A stretch of DNA of 32,000 nt. It comes from Erysipelothrix larvae (GTDB taxonomy: Bacteria > Bacillota_I > Bacilli_A > Erysipelotrichales > Erysipelotrichaceae). Made by a program: the position numbers and the translations under genes. Below, piece by piece: positions 20,508-28,640 of the stretch (position 1 is the first letter of the stretch; each line of letters begins with the position of its first letter). The stretch covers positions 1,770,001 through 1,802,000 of the forward strand of contig NZ_CP013213.1 of the NCBI RefSeq assembly GCF_001545095.1, in the 5' to 3' direction. The notes beneath the pieces were generated by a model. It made no database searches, was not told where the DNA came from, and was given only the letters and a program-made list of their open reading frames with translations.

Positions 20508-20521
20508 TGTAATTAATTACC
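20508..20521. promoter_or_regulatory. Candidate LacI-family operator TGTAATTAATTACC
   Basis: 14-mer that is 13/14 palindromic, with a perfect core GTAATTAATTAC at 20509-20520. It lies between the -10 (20549..20544) and the SD (20505..20500) of the oxidoreductase/ABC operon. Related TGTAATT half-sites occur at 20624 and 20636. Confidence 0.45.
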
Positions 20522-20543
20522 TTGTTACACTCTTTTCGCTCAT

Positions 20544-20573
20544 ATTGTAAGCCTTTTCAACCGGAAATGTCAA
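20544..20573 (-). promoter_or_regulatory. Sigma-A-type promoter for the oxidoreductase/ABC operon (TTGACA - 18 nt - TACAAT)
   Basis: On the minus strand the -35 TTGACA is at 20573..20568 and the -10 TACAAT at 20549..20544. This is about 45 nt upstream of the coding start. Confidence 0.55.
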
Positions 20574-20643
20574 TATAATTTATGATAACTTTATAAATTT
20601 GTTCAATTATTGATAGAATAAAATGTAATTTACAGTGTAATTA

Positions 20644-20672
20644 TTGCATACGGTTACATTTACAGTTATAAT
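20644..20672 (+). promoter_or_regulatory. Sigma-A-type promoter for the LacI/TIM-barrel operon (TTGCAT - 17 nt - TATAAT)
   Basis: -35 TTGCAT is at 20644-20649 and -10 TATAAT at 20667-20672, with an exact 17-nt spacer. This is 28 nt upstream of ATG 20700. Confidence 0.55.
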
Positions 20673-20699
20673 TGTATGTAGGAATAGGATGTGATTGTT

Positions 20700-21731
20700 A
20701 TGAAAGAGAAATTAACCATTAAGGATATTGCAGAGTTGGCAGATGTATCGACTGCAACTGTGTCACGGGTTATGAGTGGTAAAGATAAGGTCAAAGAAGA
20801 AACACGAGAGCATGTTCTAAAGATTATTGCTCAACATGGATATGAACTTCAAAAGCGTTCGCAATTATCGGATCAAGAAAGTAAAACAATTCTGGTATGT
20901 GTGACTGAACTTAAAAACCCCTTTAACGTTCCAATATTTGATGGAATTCAAAATTCCGCGAAGAAAAATGGTTATGATGTATTAATCCTACAAACCAAAG
21001 ATATTTATATGGATTTCTCTGATTTTGAATCCGTCTTAAAATCTCAACGCTTTGTTGGGGTAATCTTTGTATCAACCTTAAATCAACATCAACTGAGAGA
21101 TATCACAGATCAATTGAGTCATCGAACTCCGATTGTATTGTGTTCTGAGTTCATCGAAGATTCAAACGTTCCCTATGTTGGAATCAATGACTTAGATGCA
21201 ATGCACAAAGCAACCAATTATCTTTTATCTGTAGGTCGTAAGAACATCTACTTTATTAATTCCCAATTAAATCGCAATTATGCAAGAAAACGTGAACAAG
21301 GATTTAGACTCGCTATGTCGCAAGCAGGACTCAGCATCAATGAAGATTACATTGTACGCTTATCATCCGTAACCCATGCACTTGCTTATGCTGCAACCTT
21401 GCATATACTGGACCAAAACCCACGCCCGGATGCTATTTTATGTGTATCGGATATGTTTGCGATTGGCGCTTTAAAAGCATGTCAAAAAAGAAACCTTCGG
21501 GTTCCTGAAGATGTTGCGATTGTTGGGTTTGATAACATTGAAATTACCACAATGGTTCAACCATCCATCACAACCATTGAACAACCAAGTTACCAAATCG
21601 GATATCAAGCCAGTGAGTTACTGATTGAGAAGATTCATTTCCCAAGTGTATCACCAAAGCAAATTATTCTTGATACCGAGCTGATTATAAGAGATTCAAC
21701 ACCAATAAACATAAATAAGGGAGGAATTTAG
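20700..21731 (+). CDS. LacI-family transcriptional regulator
   Basis: The N-terminal HTH is MKEKLTIKDIAELADVSTATVSRVMSG, followed by a periplasmic-binding-protein-like sugar domain (VGFDNIE). The start is set to ATG 20700, with AGGA 10 nt upstream. GTG 20691 is too close to the SD. Confidence 0.85.
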   Translation: MKEKLTIKDIAELADVSTATVSRVMSGKDKVKEETREHVLKIIAQHGYELQKRSQLSDQESKTILVCVTELKNPFNVPIFDGIQNSAKKNGYDVLILQTKDIYMDFSDFESVLKSQRFVGVIFVSTLNQHQLRDITDQLSHRTPIVLCSEFIEDSNVPYVGINDLDAMHKATNYLLSVGRKNIYFINSQLNRNYARKREQGFRLAMSQAGLSINEDYIVRLSSVTHALAYAATLHILDQNPRPDAILCVSDMFAIGALKACQKRNLRVPEDVAIVGFDNIEITTMVQPSITTIEQPSYQIGYQASELLIEKIHFPSVSPKQIILDTELIIRDSTPININKGGI

Positions 21732-21734
21732 ACG

Positions 21735-22649
21735 ATGAAATTTGGATTGAATACCGCAATACTTGGTCATATGGATTTTGATCAAGTCCTAGAGTTTTGT
21801 CATGGGGTAGGTTACAAAAGCCTAGAGGTTGCTTGTTGGCCTTCTGGAAAGAAAGAACGCCGTTATGCAGGTGTATCGCATATTAATGTTGATGCACTAA
21901 CACCCCATAAGGTTGAAGAAATCCTTCATGCATGTGAAACCCATGATATCGAAATCAGTGCTTTGGCGTATTATCCCAATCCATTGGATGAAAATCTTGA
22001 AGCCCGTGCCTTTAATATTGAACACCTTAAGAAAGTGATTGAAGGTGCAAACAAACTAAATGTGGGCATGGTTACCACATTCATTGGTCGTATGCAAACA
22101 AAAACCCTAGAAGAGAATCTTCTAGAGTTTAAGGCAGTATGGCCTGATATTATTCATTATGCAAAACAACTGAATGTTAAGATTGCGATTGAAAACTGTC
22201 CGATGTTATTTTCAAATGATGAATGGCCTGGAGGTCAAAACATCTTTACCTCCCCTGCAATATGGTGCAAATGTTTTGAGTTAATCCCAGAAGATAACTT
22301 TGGCATTAACTTTGATCCATCACATTTCATCTGGCAGCAGATGGATTACATCAAACCCATCACTGAGTTTAAAGACCGCATCTTCCACATTCATTTTAAA
22401 GACATCAAACTTTATCGCGATCAACTGGATGATTATGGGTGTATGGCAACACCCCTTCACTACATGGCTCCAAAGATTCCAGGTCTTGGTGATGTTGATT
22501 GGGCAAAATATATCTCTGCCCTTCGTGATATCAACTATAAGGGACATGCGTGTGTGGAAGTTGAAGACCGTTCCTTTGAAGACACTACACAAGACATTGA
22601 AGACTCGTGCATCTTAAGTTATCGCTATTTAAGTCAATTTCTGATTTAG
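21735..22649 (+). CDS. Xylose-isomerase-like TIM-barrel protein (sugar phosphate isomerase/epimerase family)
   Basis: 304 aa. AP_endonuc_2/IolE-like pattern: KIAIENCP, FGINFDPSHF, HFKD, CVEVED as likely metal ligands. It starts 3 nt after the LacI stop, with SD AAGGGAGG. Confidence 0.75.
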   Translation: MKFGLNTAILGHMDFDQVLEFCHGVGYKSLEVACWPSGKKERRYAGVSHINVDALTPHKVEEILHACETHDIEISALAYYPNPLDENLEARAFNIEHLKKVIEGANKLNVGMVTTFIGRMQTKTLEENLLEFKAVWPDIIHYAKQLNVKIAIENCPMLFSNDEWPGGQNIFTSPAIWCKCFELIPEDNFGINFDPSHFIWQQMDYIKPITEFKDRIFHIHFKDIKLYRDQLDDYGCMATPLHYMAPKIPGLGDVDWAKYISALRDINYKGHACVEVEDRSFEDTTQDIEDSCILSYRYLSQFLI

Positions 22650-22701
22650 GATATAATCAGCAAGGCGAAACTTAACATTTCAACATATCGAAAACACTAT
22701 T

Positions 22702-22746
22702 AAAGAGATTTTGTGTCCTTTTCTGGCTTACAAGATCTCTTTTTTT
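22702..22746 (+). terminator. Weak candidate terminator after the TIM-barrel gene
   Basis: 8-bp arms AAAGAGAT (22702-22709) / ATCTCTTT (22735-22742) with a long 25-nt loop, followed by a T-run to 22746. Confidence 0.3.
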
Positions 22747-22914
22747 GGCAAATAAAATGACCGACCAAAAATGTGAAATAATACAAGTTATATAATTAAA
22801 AGAACCATATCTTTCAAAATGCAATACTATACAAGTAGAAATTTTTACAGTCATTCTTTACTTAAGAGATCTATAAGTATAGATTTCTTTCAGTATGGTA
22901 GCCACTAGTATACC

Positions 22915-24246
22915 TTAATGAGATGCATTAATCCTTCTATAATTTAGGTAAATTGAAGTTGAACAAAGAATTATAATAGTTGCTACCCCAATAATGTTAA
23001 AGTTAGCAGTGAAATTAAAGAAGAACCATGCAGCAGGATGACCTGCATAATCAAAACAAGAAATCAGCGATATGCCTTCTGGTAGTACCGATCCGGATAC
23101 AAGTGCACTTTGAGTAAATATTGGTGCTAAACTAGTAGAAACATAATTACCTAAAATTAGTGCGAACAATCCAAATAAAAAGGTCCTAAAAACATTACCA
23201 TTCATGATTGGTATTACAAACGGAAATATATACATAACCCCAGCTAAGCTTGCGATTGGTAAAAAATGATTTCCTGGAAGAATAACCGAAATAAAGAGAA
23301 TAAAAGGTACTACTAATAATGAACACACTAAATTTGTCGGATGACCAATTACTAACGATGGACTCATACCTATCCAAAGCTCTCGCCCTTTGAATCTTTT
23401 CTCAAGTATGCTTTGGGTTTGTTTCGATATTGGGGCTAATCCTTCAATCAGTAAGCCGGTTATTCGCGGGATTAAAACCATAACCGCAGACATCTGAACC
23501 GACAATTTCAGTATACCTGATAATTCATATTGAGAAATAAATCCTAAAATCGCTCCAATTATTGCTCCTAAGATAATCGGTTCACCAAATACACCAATTT
23601 TGTTTTGCAATGTATCCGAGTCAAAATCTATTTTATTCATAATAGGAATTCTATCAATTACCCAATTAAATACTTCAGCAAGTGGAGCATACAAAGCAGT
23701 GATTGGGAACGCCATTGCCAGACCATCTATATTTGAATAGAACTTGTGAACACGAGGTGTATAGTAATCAGAAAGACAAATAGTTAAAATAAAATTGGAA
23801 ACCGCTCCAAATATACTCCATCCAAAACTACCGGTTGCCACATAAATAATAGACCCAATAAATGCATAGTGCCAATAATTCCAAATATCCATATTCATAG
23901 TCTTTGTCATCTTGAATAAAATCATTATTACATTAACACCAACGCAAATCGGTATCATCAATCCTCCAATGGCAGAACTATAAGCAATTTGAGAAGCAGT
24001 GGGCCACCCCACATCAAGAATAGTTGTTTGCAAGTGGTAAAGCTCTGACATCTTCGCAACTACTGGTCCTAGATTATCCGTAAGCATTCCCGTTACTAGA
24101 CTTAATCCAGCAAAACCAACACCAACTGATAACCCTGACTTAATTGATTTTCCAAATCCCATTCCTATTGCTACACCAATTATCGTGAAAATAATAGGCA
24201 TCATTACACTCGCACCCAGGCTAACAATATAATTTATTACATTCAT
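22915..24246 (-). CDS. PTS galactitol-family EIIC (GatC-type) permease, with no cognate EIIA/EIIB nearby
   Basis: 443 aa, polytopic. It resembles E. coli GatC in several blocks (LGASVMMPIIF, GVGFAGL, NMDIWNYWH, FGEPI, GNVFRT). Its ATG abuts the ADH stop (TAAATG). Confidence 0.8.
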   Translation of the reverse strand: MNVINYIVSLGASVMMPIIFTIIGVAIGMGFGKSIKSGLSVGVGFAGLSLVTGMLTDNLGPVVAKMSELYHLQTTILDVGWPTASQIAYSSAIGGLMIPICVGVNVIMILFKMTKTMNMDIWNYWHYAFIGSIIYVATGSFGWSIFGAVSNFILTICLSDYYTPRVHKFYSNIDGLAMAFPITALYAPLAEVFNWVIDRIPIMNKIDFDSDTLQNKIGVFGEPIILGAIIGAILGFISQYELSGILKLSVQMSAVMVLIPRITGLLIEGLAPISKQTQSILEKRFKGRELWIGMSPSLVIGHPTNLVCSLLVVPFILFISVILPGNHFLPIASLAGVMYIFPFVIPIMNGNVFRTFLFGLFALILGNYVSTSLAPIFTQSALVSGSVLPEGISLISCFDYAGHPAAWFFFNFTANFNIIGVATIIILCSTSIYLNYRRINASH

Positions 24247-25386
24247 TTACTTTTCTCCATCTATTAATGATAAATATATTGATTTAATCAATTGTTGGTT
24301 CATTGGTACATAACTATTTTTGAGTAGTCTTTTTTGGTTATTTACCACCGAAATAGAAAAACTTTCGACATCATTAACCCCAAAGTTATAATCGGAAAGT
24401 TTCCTATTTCTCATTATGGAATTGAGGAGTTTGTATAATTCATCCAAGGATTCATCAAGATTGCAGTCAAACTTTTCTGCAATTGCTTGCTTGAGAGAAG
24501 AAAACTTTCCATCTGGTTTCATTTTATCGTATGCATTTAGAACCCCTTTTAGTACATAAAAATTCGATTCACCATGAGCTATTTTATATTTTGCACCAAG
24601 TGGATAACTCAAAGCATGGATTGGCCCACATCCCCCAGTTTCAAATGCAAATCCTGCATAAGTGCTTGCAAGAATAAAATCTTGCGCCTTTTGTTTGATT
24701 GTAACTTCATAACCGAAGTTTTTTATATCAATAAAACCATTAAGAATCATTTCTATTGCGCGAATACTAAATATTCTACTTAAATCAGTACTGTTATCAG
24801 ACAGGAAAGACTCTGTTGCATGGATAAAGGCATCAATTGAACTCGTTGCGAAAACTCCTTGTGGTAAATTTTCGATAAGTCTTGGAATTAAAATCGCACA
24901 ATCACCATAAATACTTTCATTTGAAATTCCAACTTTTGTTCCCAATCTTGTTCTATTGATTGCTGCAATGCTTGTTACTTCACTTCCAGTACCACATGTT
25001 GTTGGGATAAGTATCAGTTGAATATTTCTTTCAATAATAGAATCTGATTCAAAAATCCAATCTATATTTTCTTGCGTTGAACCATATGCAATTGACAATA
25101 TTTTTGCGATATCGAGACACGACCCTCCACCTATTGCAATAATACGTTTTATGATGATGTGATTGATATCATTTAGCATGGATTCAATCATTATGTCAGT
25201 AGGCTCTTGATTTCCATATCGTTCAACGACAACAACATTCACTTCAGCACTGAATAAATCTTTAAATTTTTTATAAATGACATCTGTTACGACTACCATA
25301 TCACCTTCGCCAAATGGAAATTCATCAAGATAATCATCTAGATCGTTAAACTGATATAGTTTTGTACGCATTTTAATTAATTCCAT
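24247..25386 (-). CDS. Iron-containing (group III) alcohol dehydrogenase family protein
   Basis: 379 aa. Motifs are GGGSCLDIAK, PTTCGTGSE, a metal-site Asp/His (SSIDAFIHA) and IHALSYPLG...AHGESN. SD AAGAGG lies 6 nt upstream. It overlaps the TK C-subunit end by 14 nt. Confidence 0.8.
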   Translation of the reverse strand: MELIKMRTKLYQFNDLDDYLDEFPFGEGDMVVVTDVIYKKFKDLFSAEVNVVVVERYGNQEPTDIMIESMLNDINHIIIKRIIAIGGGSCLDIAKILSIAYGSTQENIDWIFESDSIIERNIQLILIPTTCGTGSEVTSIAAINRTRLGTKVGISNESIYGDCAILIPRLIENLPQGVFATSSIDAFIHATESFLSDNSTDLSRIFSIRAIEMILNGFIDIKNFGYEVTIKQKAQDFILASTYAGFAFETGGCGPIHALSYPLGAKYKIAHGESNFYVLKGVLNAYDKMKPDGKFSSLKQAIAEKFDCNLDESLDELYKLLNSIMRNRKLSDYNFGVNDVESFSISVVNNQKRLLKNSYVPMNQQLIKSIYLSLIDGEK

Positions 25387-26356
25387 ATTTGGCCTCTTTT
25401 CTCTTTATTACTTTTATTGCACTTTCATAGATTGATTGTGAATCAATATGATATTCTTTCGCAAGGAAATCAAGAGTTCCTACTTGACCAAACCTATCCT
25501 GAACACCAATCAGTTCCATTGGTACAGGGAAGTTTTTCACGACTATTTCAGATACAGCAGCTCCTAGTCCAGTTGTAATATTATGATTTTCACACGTAAC
25601 AATTGCTCCGGTTTCTTGTGCAGCTTTAACAATTGCCTCTTCATCAATTGGTTTCCAAGTAAACATATCTAAAATACGAACCGATATACCTTCTTCTGTT
25701 AATTTTTTTGCAGCTTGAATTGCTTGTGATACACAAAAGCCGCTAGCAATTAATGTTACGTCAGTTCCGTCTTGAATTAGACTTGCTTTTCCAAGAACTA
25801 AATCATCTGCATTCTCATAAATTTTGGTACAGGTTTTTCTAACTAATCGCATGTATGAAACACCATAATTGTCATGCAATTGAGGTAGAATTATCTTAAG
25901 TGATTCTAGATCAGCTGGCTCAACTACTGTTACCTCGGGAATACATCTCATAATACCCATATCCTCAAATGGCATATGTGTACCACCGTTCGCTTGAGCG
26001 GTTATTCCTGGGTCTGAACCAATTAGTTTTACGTTTAGTTTCGCATATGCTGCAGACACAAATACTTGATCAGCTACTCTTCTTGACATAAATGGACCGA
26101 ATGTATGTACAAATGGAATAAATCCTACAGAACTCAATCCAGCTGCAACCCCAACCATGTTAGCTTCTTGAATTCCACAATCAAAAGTTCGCTTTGGAAA
26201 TAACCCTTGAAATGGTTTTGTTCCCATAGCACTCATTAAATCTGCATCTAGTAGAACCACGTTCTTATCCTTTTCAGCCAATGATATTAAGGTATCGCAA
26301 AACTCCTCTCTCATCTCTTTTACTTCATTTCGAATTGGTTTCGCTATTATCGGCAT
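25373..26356 (-). CDS. Transketolase, C-terminal (pyrimidine-binding plus C-terminal domain) subunit
   Basis: 327 aa. Motifs are FDCGIQEANMVGVAAGLS and FVHTFGPFMS. The start shares one nucleotide with the upstream stop (TAATG at 26358..26354). Confidence 0.85.
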   Translation of the reverse strand: MPIIAKPIRNEVKEMREEFCDTLISLAEKDKNVVLLDADLMSAMGTKPFQGLFPKRTFDCGIQEANMVGVAAGLSSVGFIPFVHTFGPFMSRRVADQVFVSAAYAKLNVKLIGSDPGITAQANGGTHMPFEDMGIMRCIPEVTVVEPADLESLKIILPQLHDNYGVSYMRLVRKTCTKIYENADDLVLGKASLIQDGTDVTLIASGFCVSQAIQAAKKLTEEGISVRILDMFTWKPIDEEAIVKAAQETGAIVTCENHNITTGLGAAVSEIVVKNFPVPMELIGVQDRFGQVGTLDFLAKEYHIDSQSIYESAIKVIKRKEAKYGIN

Positions 26357-27198
26357 TATTTAATCTCCCCCTTCCATTTGTCAATACTTTTTAGAAAGTG
26401 ATAATAGTCCTCAGAAGATACATTCATTGAATGGCTCTTAATTGTTCCTTCTATTTCGTCCCATCCTTTTCCTTTTACAGTATCTAGCACAATTACTGAT
26501 GGTCTTCCTTGCGATTGGTTTTTGGCAACTGAGATTGCGCTCTCAATAGCATATAAATCATGACCGTCAATTGTCTGACTAAACCACCCAAACTCGCCGA
26601 ATTTCGCCCCAATGTCTCCTAACGAATTAATATCATCAGTAAACCCATCAAGTTGAATTTTGTTATTATCAATAAATGCAATTAAGTTATTAAGCTTATT
26701 TTGCGCAGCAAAGAGAGCCATTTCCCAAACTTGACCTTCTTGACATTCACCATCACCAAGAATTAAATACACATAACTATCAAAGCCTCTTAATTTTATA
26801 CCTAAAGCAATCCCCGCAGCACTTGAAGCTCCTTGTCCTAGTGAACCAGTCGTCATATCAATTCCTGGAGTTTTTGTTCGATCACAATGACTTGGAAGAA
26901 TCGTATTAGGTTTGTTAAGTGTTTTAAGGATATCAAGCGGAAAATAACCTTTTAATCCTAATGTCGCATACAATGCTGGGCCACAATGTCCTTTTGACAA
27001 TACGAGCCTATCTCTAGTAACGTCTATGGGATTAAGTGGATTAATTTTCATCACACCATTATATAGAACGGCTAAACAATCTGCGATTGACAATGCTCCT
27101 CCCACATGTCCCACTCCAAATGATGAAACTGCGAATAAGGTCCACTTCCTAATATCTAATGCAAACTCTTTTGTATTATTTGAATTTACTAGAGGCAT
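26356..27198 (-). CDS. Transketolase, N-terminal (thiamine diphosphate-binding) subunit
   Basis: 280 aa. Motifs are GHVGGALSIADCLAVLY, GSLGQG and the ThDP motif GDGECQEGQVWEMALFAAQNKLNNLIAFIDNN. SD GGAGGTGG lies inside the ALDH 3' end, with a 10-nt overlap. Confidence 0.85.
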   Translation of the reverse strand: MPLVNSNNTKEFALDIRKWTLFAVSSFGVGHVGGALSIADCLAVLYNGVMKINPLNPIDVTRDRLVLSKGHCGPALYATLGLKGYFPLDILKTLNKPNTILPSHCDRTKTPGIDMTTGSLGQGASSAAGIALGIKLRGFDSYVYLILGDGECQEGQVWEMALFAAQNKLNNLIAFIDNNKIQLDGFTDDINSLGDIGAKFGEFGWFSQTIDGHDLYAIESAISVAKNQSQGRPSVIVLDTVKGKGWDEIEGTIKSHSMNVSSEDYYHFLKSIDKWKGEIK

Positions 27199-28640
27199 GA
27201 ACTTCCACCTCCAATATTGATAAATTTGTATTCTAGATATTCCCTAATCCCATAAATTCCATTTTCTCTTCCAAATCCTGAGTATTTAATTCCACCAAAT
27301 GGTGTTTCATTTGTTGAAACAACAACTTCATTTATTGCTACTAATCCGAATTCTAGGTCAATCGCAAATTTTTTGATTCTTTCTAAATTCTCAGTAAATA
27401 CATAAGATGCTAACCCATACTCAGTTTCATTCGCTTTTCCTAATACTTCCTCGTCCGTATCAAATGTAATAACACTAAATACTGGGCCAAATATTTCTTC
27501 AAAGTAAATATCCATTGTACTGTTAACTTCATATAATATAGTCATCGGATAAATACTATCTGGGATAACATTGTCTTTCGGGATGTCTCGATACATTATG
27601 GCACCCTTACTCACTGCATCTTCAACTAACTTATTAATGCGATTGTTAGATTGGATACTAATTAACGGACCTACTTCAGTATCCTTTTTCATAGGATTCC
27701 CTATATTTAGTCCTGAAATTTCCTCTTTTAGTAGCTCAAGGAATAAATCTTTGACATCTTTCTGTATAAATATACGATTTGGGGAAGTACATACTTGTCC
27801 CATATTTCGTTTTTTTGCGGACACAAGTAGTTTAACTGCTTTACTTAAATTTGCATCACTAAAAATAATAAATGGAGCATTTCCACCCAATTCTAAGGAA
27901 AGTTTCTTTAGGGTAGTTGCACTGTCTTCAAATAGTTTTTTTCCTATTTTAGTCGATCCAGTGAACGATATTTTCCGGACGATAGGACTTTTCATAAACT
28001 CACTGCTAATCATTGATGAGCTACCTGTTACCAAGTTTACACACCCATCTGGAAATGGCAGCTCTGCAATTATTTTTACAAGCTCTGTAGAAATTAATGG
28101 TGTCATAGATGACGGTTTTAGCACTATCGTGCATCCTGCAGCTAGTGCGGGTGCTAGTTTACGTGTCACTAAGTTCAAAGGGAAATTCCACGGTGTTATT
28201 AAGCCAACGACTCCGATAGGTTCTTGTACAACAAGTTGAGTCGTATTTGAGTGAGAAGGAATAATCTCGCTATTTATCCGCTTAATTTCCTCAGCATTCC
28301 AAAGAAAATTCTCAATGGATTGATCTACTTCACTTATTGCGTCAACTATTTTTTTACCACTTTCAAGGCAGATTATTTCTGCTAATAAATCTCGTTTTTC
28401 AGACATTTTTTCTGCAATACTTTGAAGTAGTTTCGCTCGTTCATAAGTGTTTGTTTTCTTCCATTGTCCTAGTGCACGTTGTGCAGAGGTAATACTTTGT
28501 TGAACCTGTATCTCATTTACTTGAGCAACATCAGCGATTTTTTCTTGATTATATGGATTGAAAAGCGGTGCAGTTCCCTGTGTTGATCGCCATTTCCCAT
28601 CAATGAAACACTGAGTCGTTTCATATTTATATTTTCCCAT
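27189..28640 (-). CDS. NAD(P)-dependent aldehyde dehydrogenase
   Basis: 483 aa. Motifs are PWNFP, FTGSTKIG, LELGGNAP (catalytic Glu), GQVCTSPNR (catalytic Cys), EEIFGPV and PFGGIKYSGFGRE. SD is GAGGAG. Confidence 0.85.
   Translation of the reverse strand: MGKYKYETTQCFIDGKWRSTQGTAPLFNPYNQEKIADVAQVNEIQVQQSITSAQRALGQWKKTNTYERAKLLQSIAEKMSEKRDLLAEIICLESGKKIVDAISEVDQSIENFLWNAEEIKRINSEIIPSHSNTTQLVVQEPIGVVGLITPWNFPLNLVTRKLAPALAAGCTIVLKPSSMTPLISTELVKIIAELPFPDGCVNLVTGSSSMISSEFMKSPIVRKISFTGSTKIGKKLFEDSATTLKKLSLELGGNAPFIIFSDANLSKAVKLLVSAKKRNMGQVCTSPNRIFIQKDVKDLFLELLKEEISGLNIGNPMKKDTEVGPLISIQSNNRINKLVEDAVSKGAIMYRDIPKDNVIPDSIYPMTILYEVNSTMDIYFEEIFGPVFSVITFDTDEEVLGKANETEYGLASYVFTENLERIKKFAIDLEFGLVAINEVVVSTNETPFGGIKYSGFGRENGIYGIREYLEYKFINIGGGSSCL

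Noticed and set aside
22727-22877. About 14-nt inverted repeats (CTTACAAGATCTCTT and AAGAGATCTATAAG) flanking about 120 bp of AT-rich DNA at the convergent gene junction; a possible MITE-like element
   Set aside because: The arms are short, need an indel to align and centre on the self-complementary AGATCT. The left arm is already explained as part of a terminator stem. There is no target-site duplication and no second copy in the window. Chance occurrence in AT-rich DNA is likely.
27571-28239. 222-aa plus-strand ORF, the longest unexplained ORF in the track
   Set aside because: It lies entirely antisense to the aldehyde dehydrogenase gene, whose motifs are intact. The translation is Ser/Phe/Ile-rich with no recognisable domain and no SD. 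I judge the plus-strand ORFs at 677-904, 1016-1501, 1520-1789, 7706-7993, 12555-12923, 17181-17441, 17673-17933 and 18000-18251 the same way.
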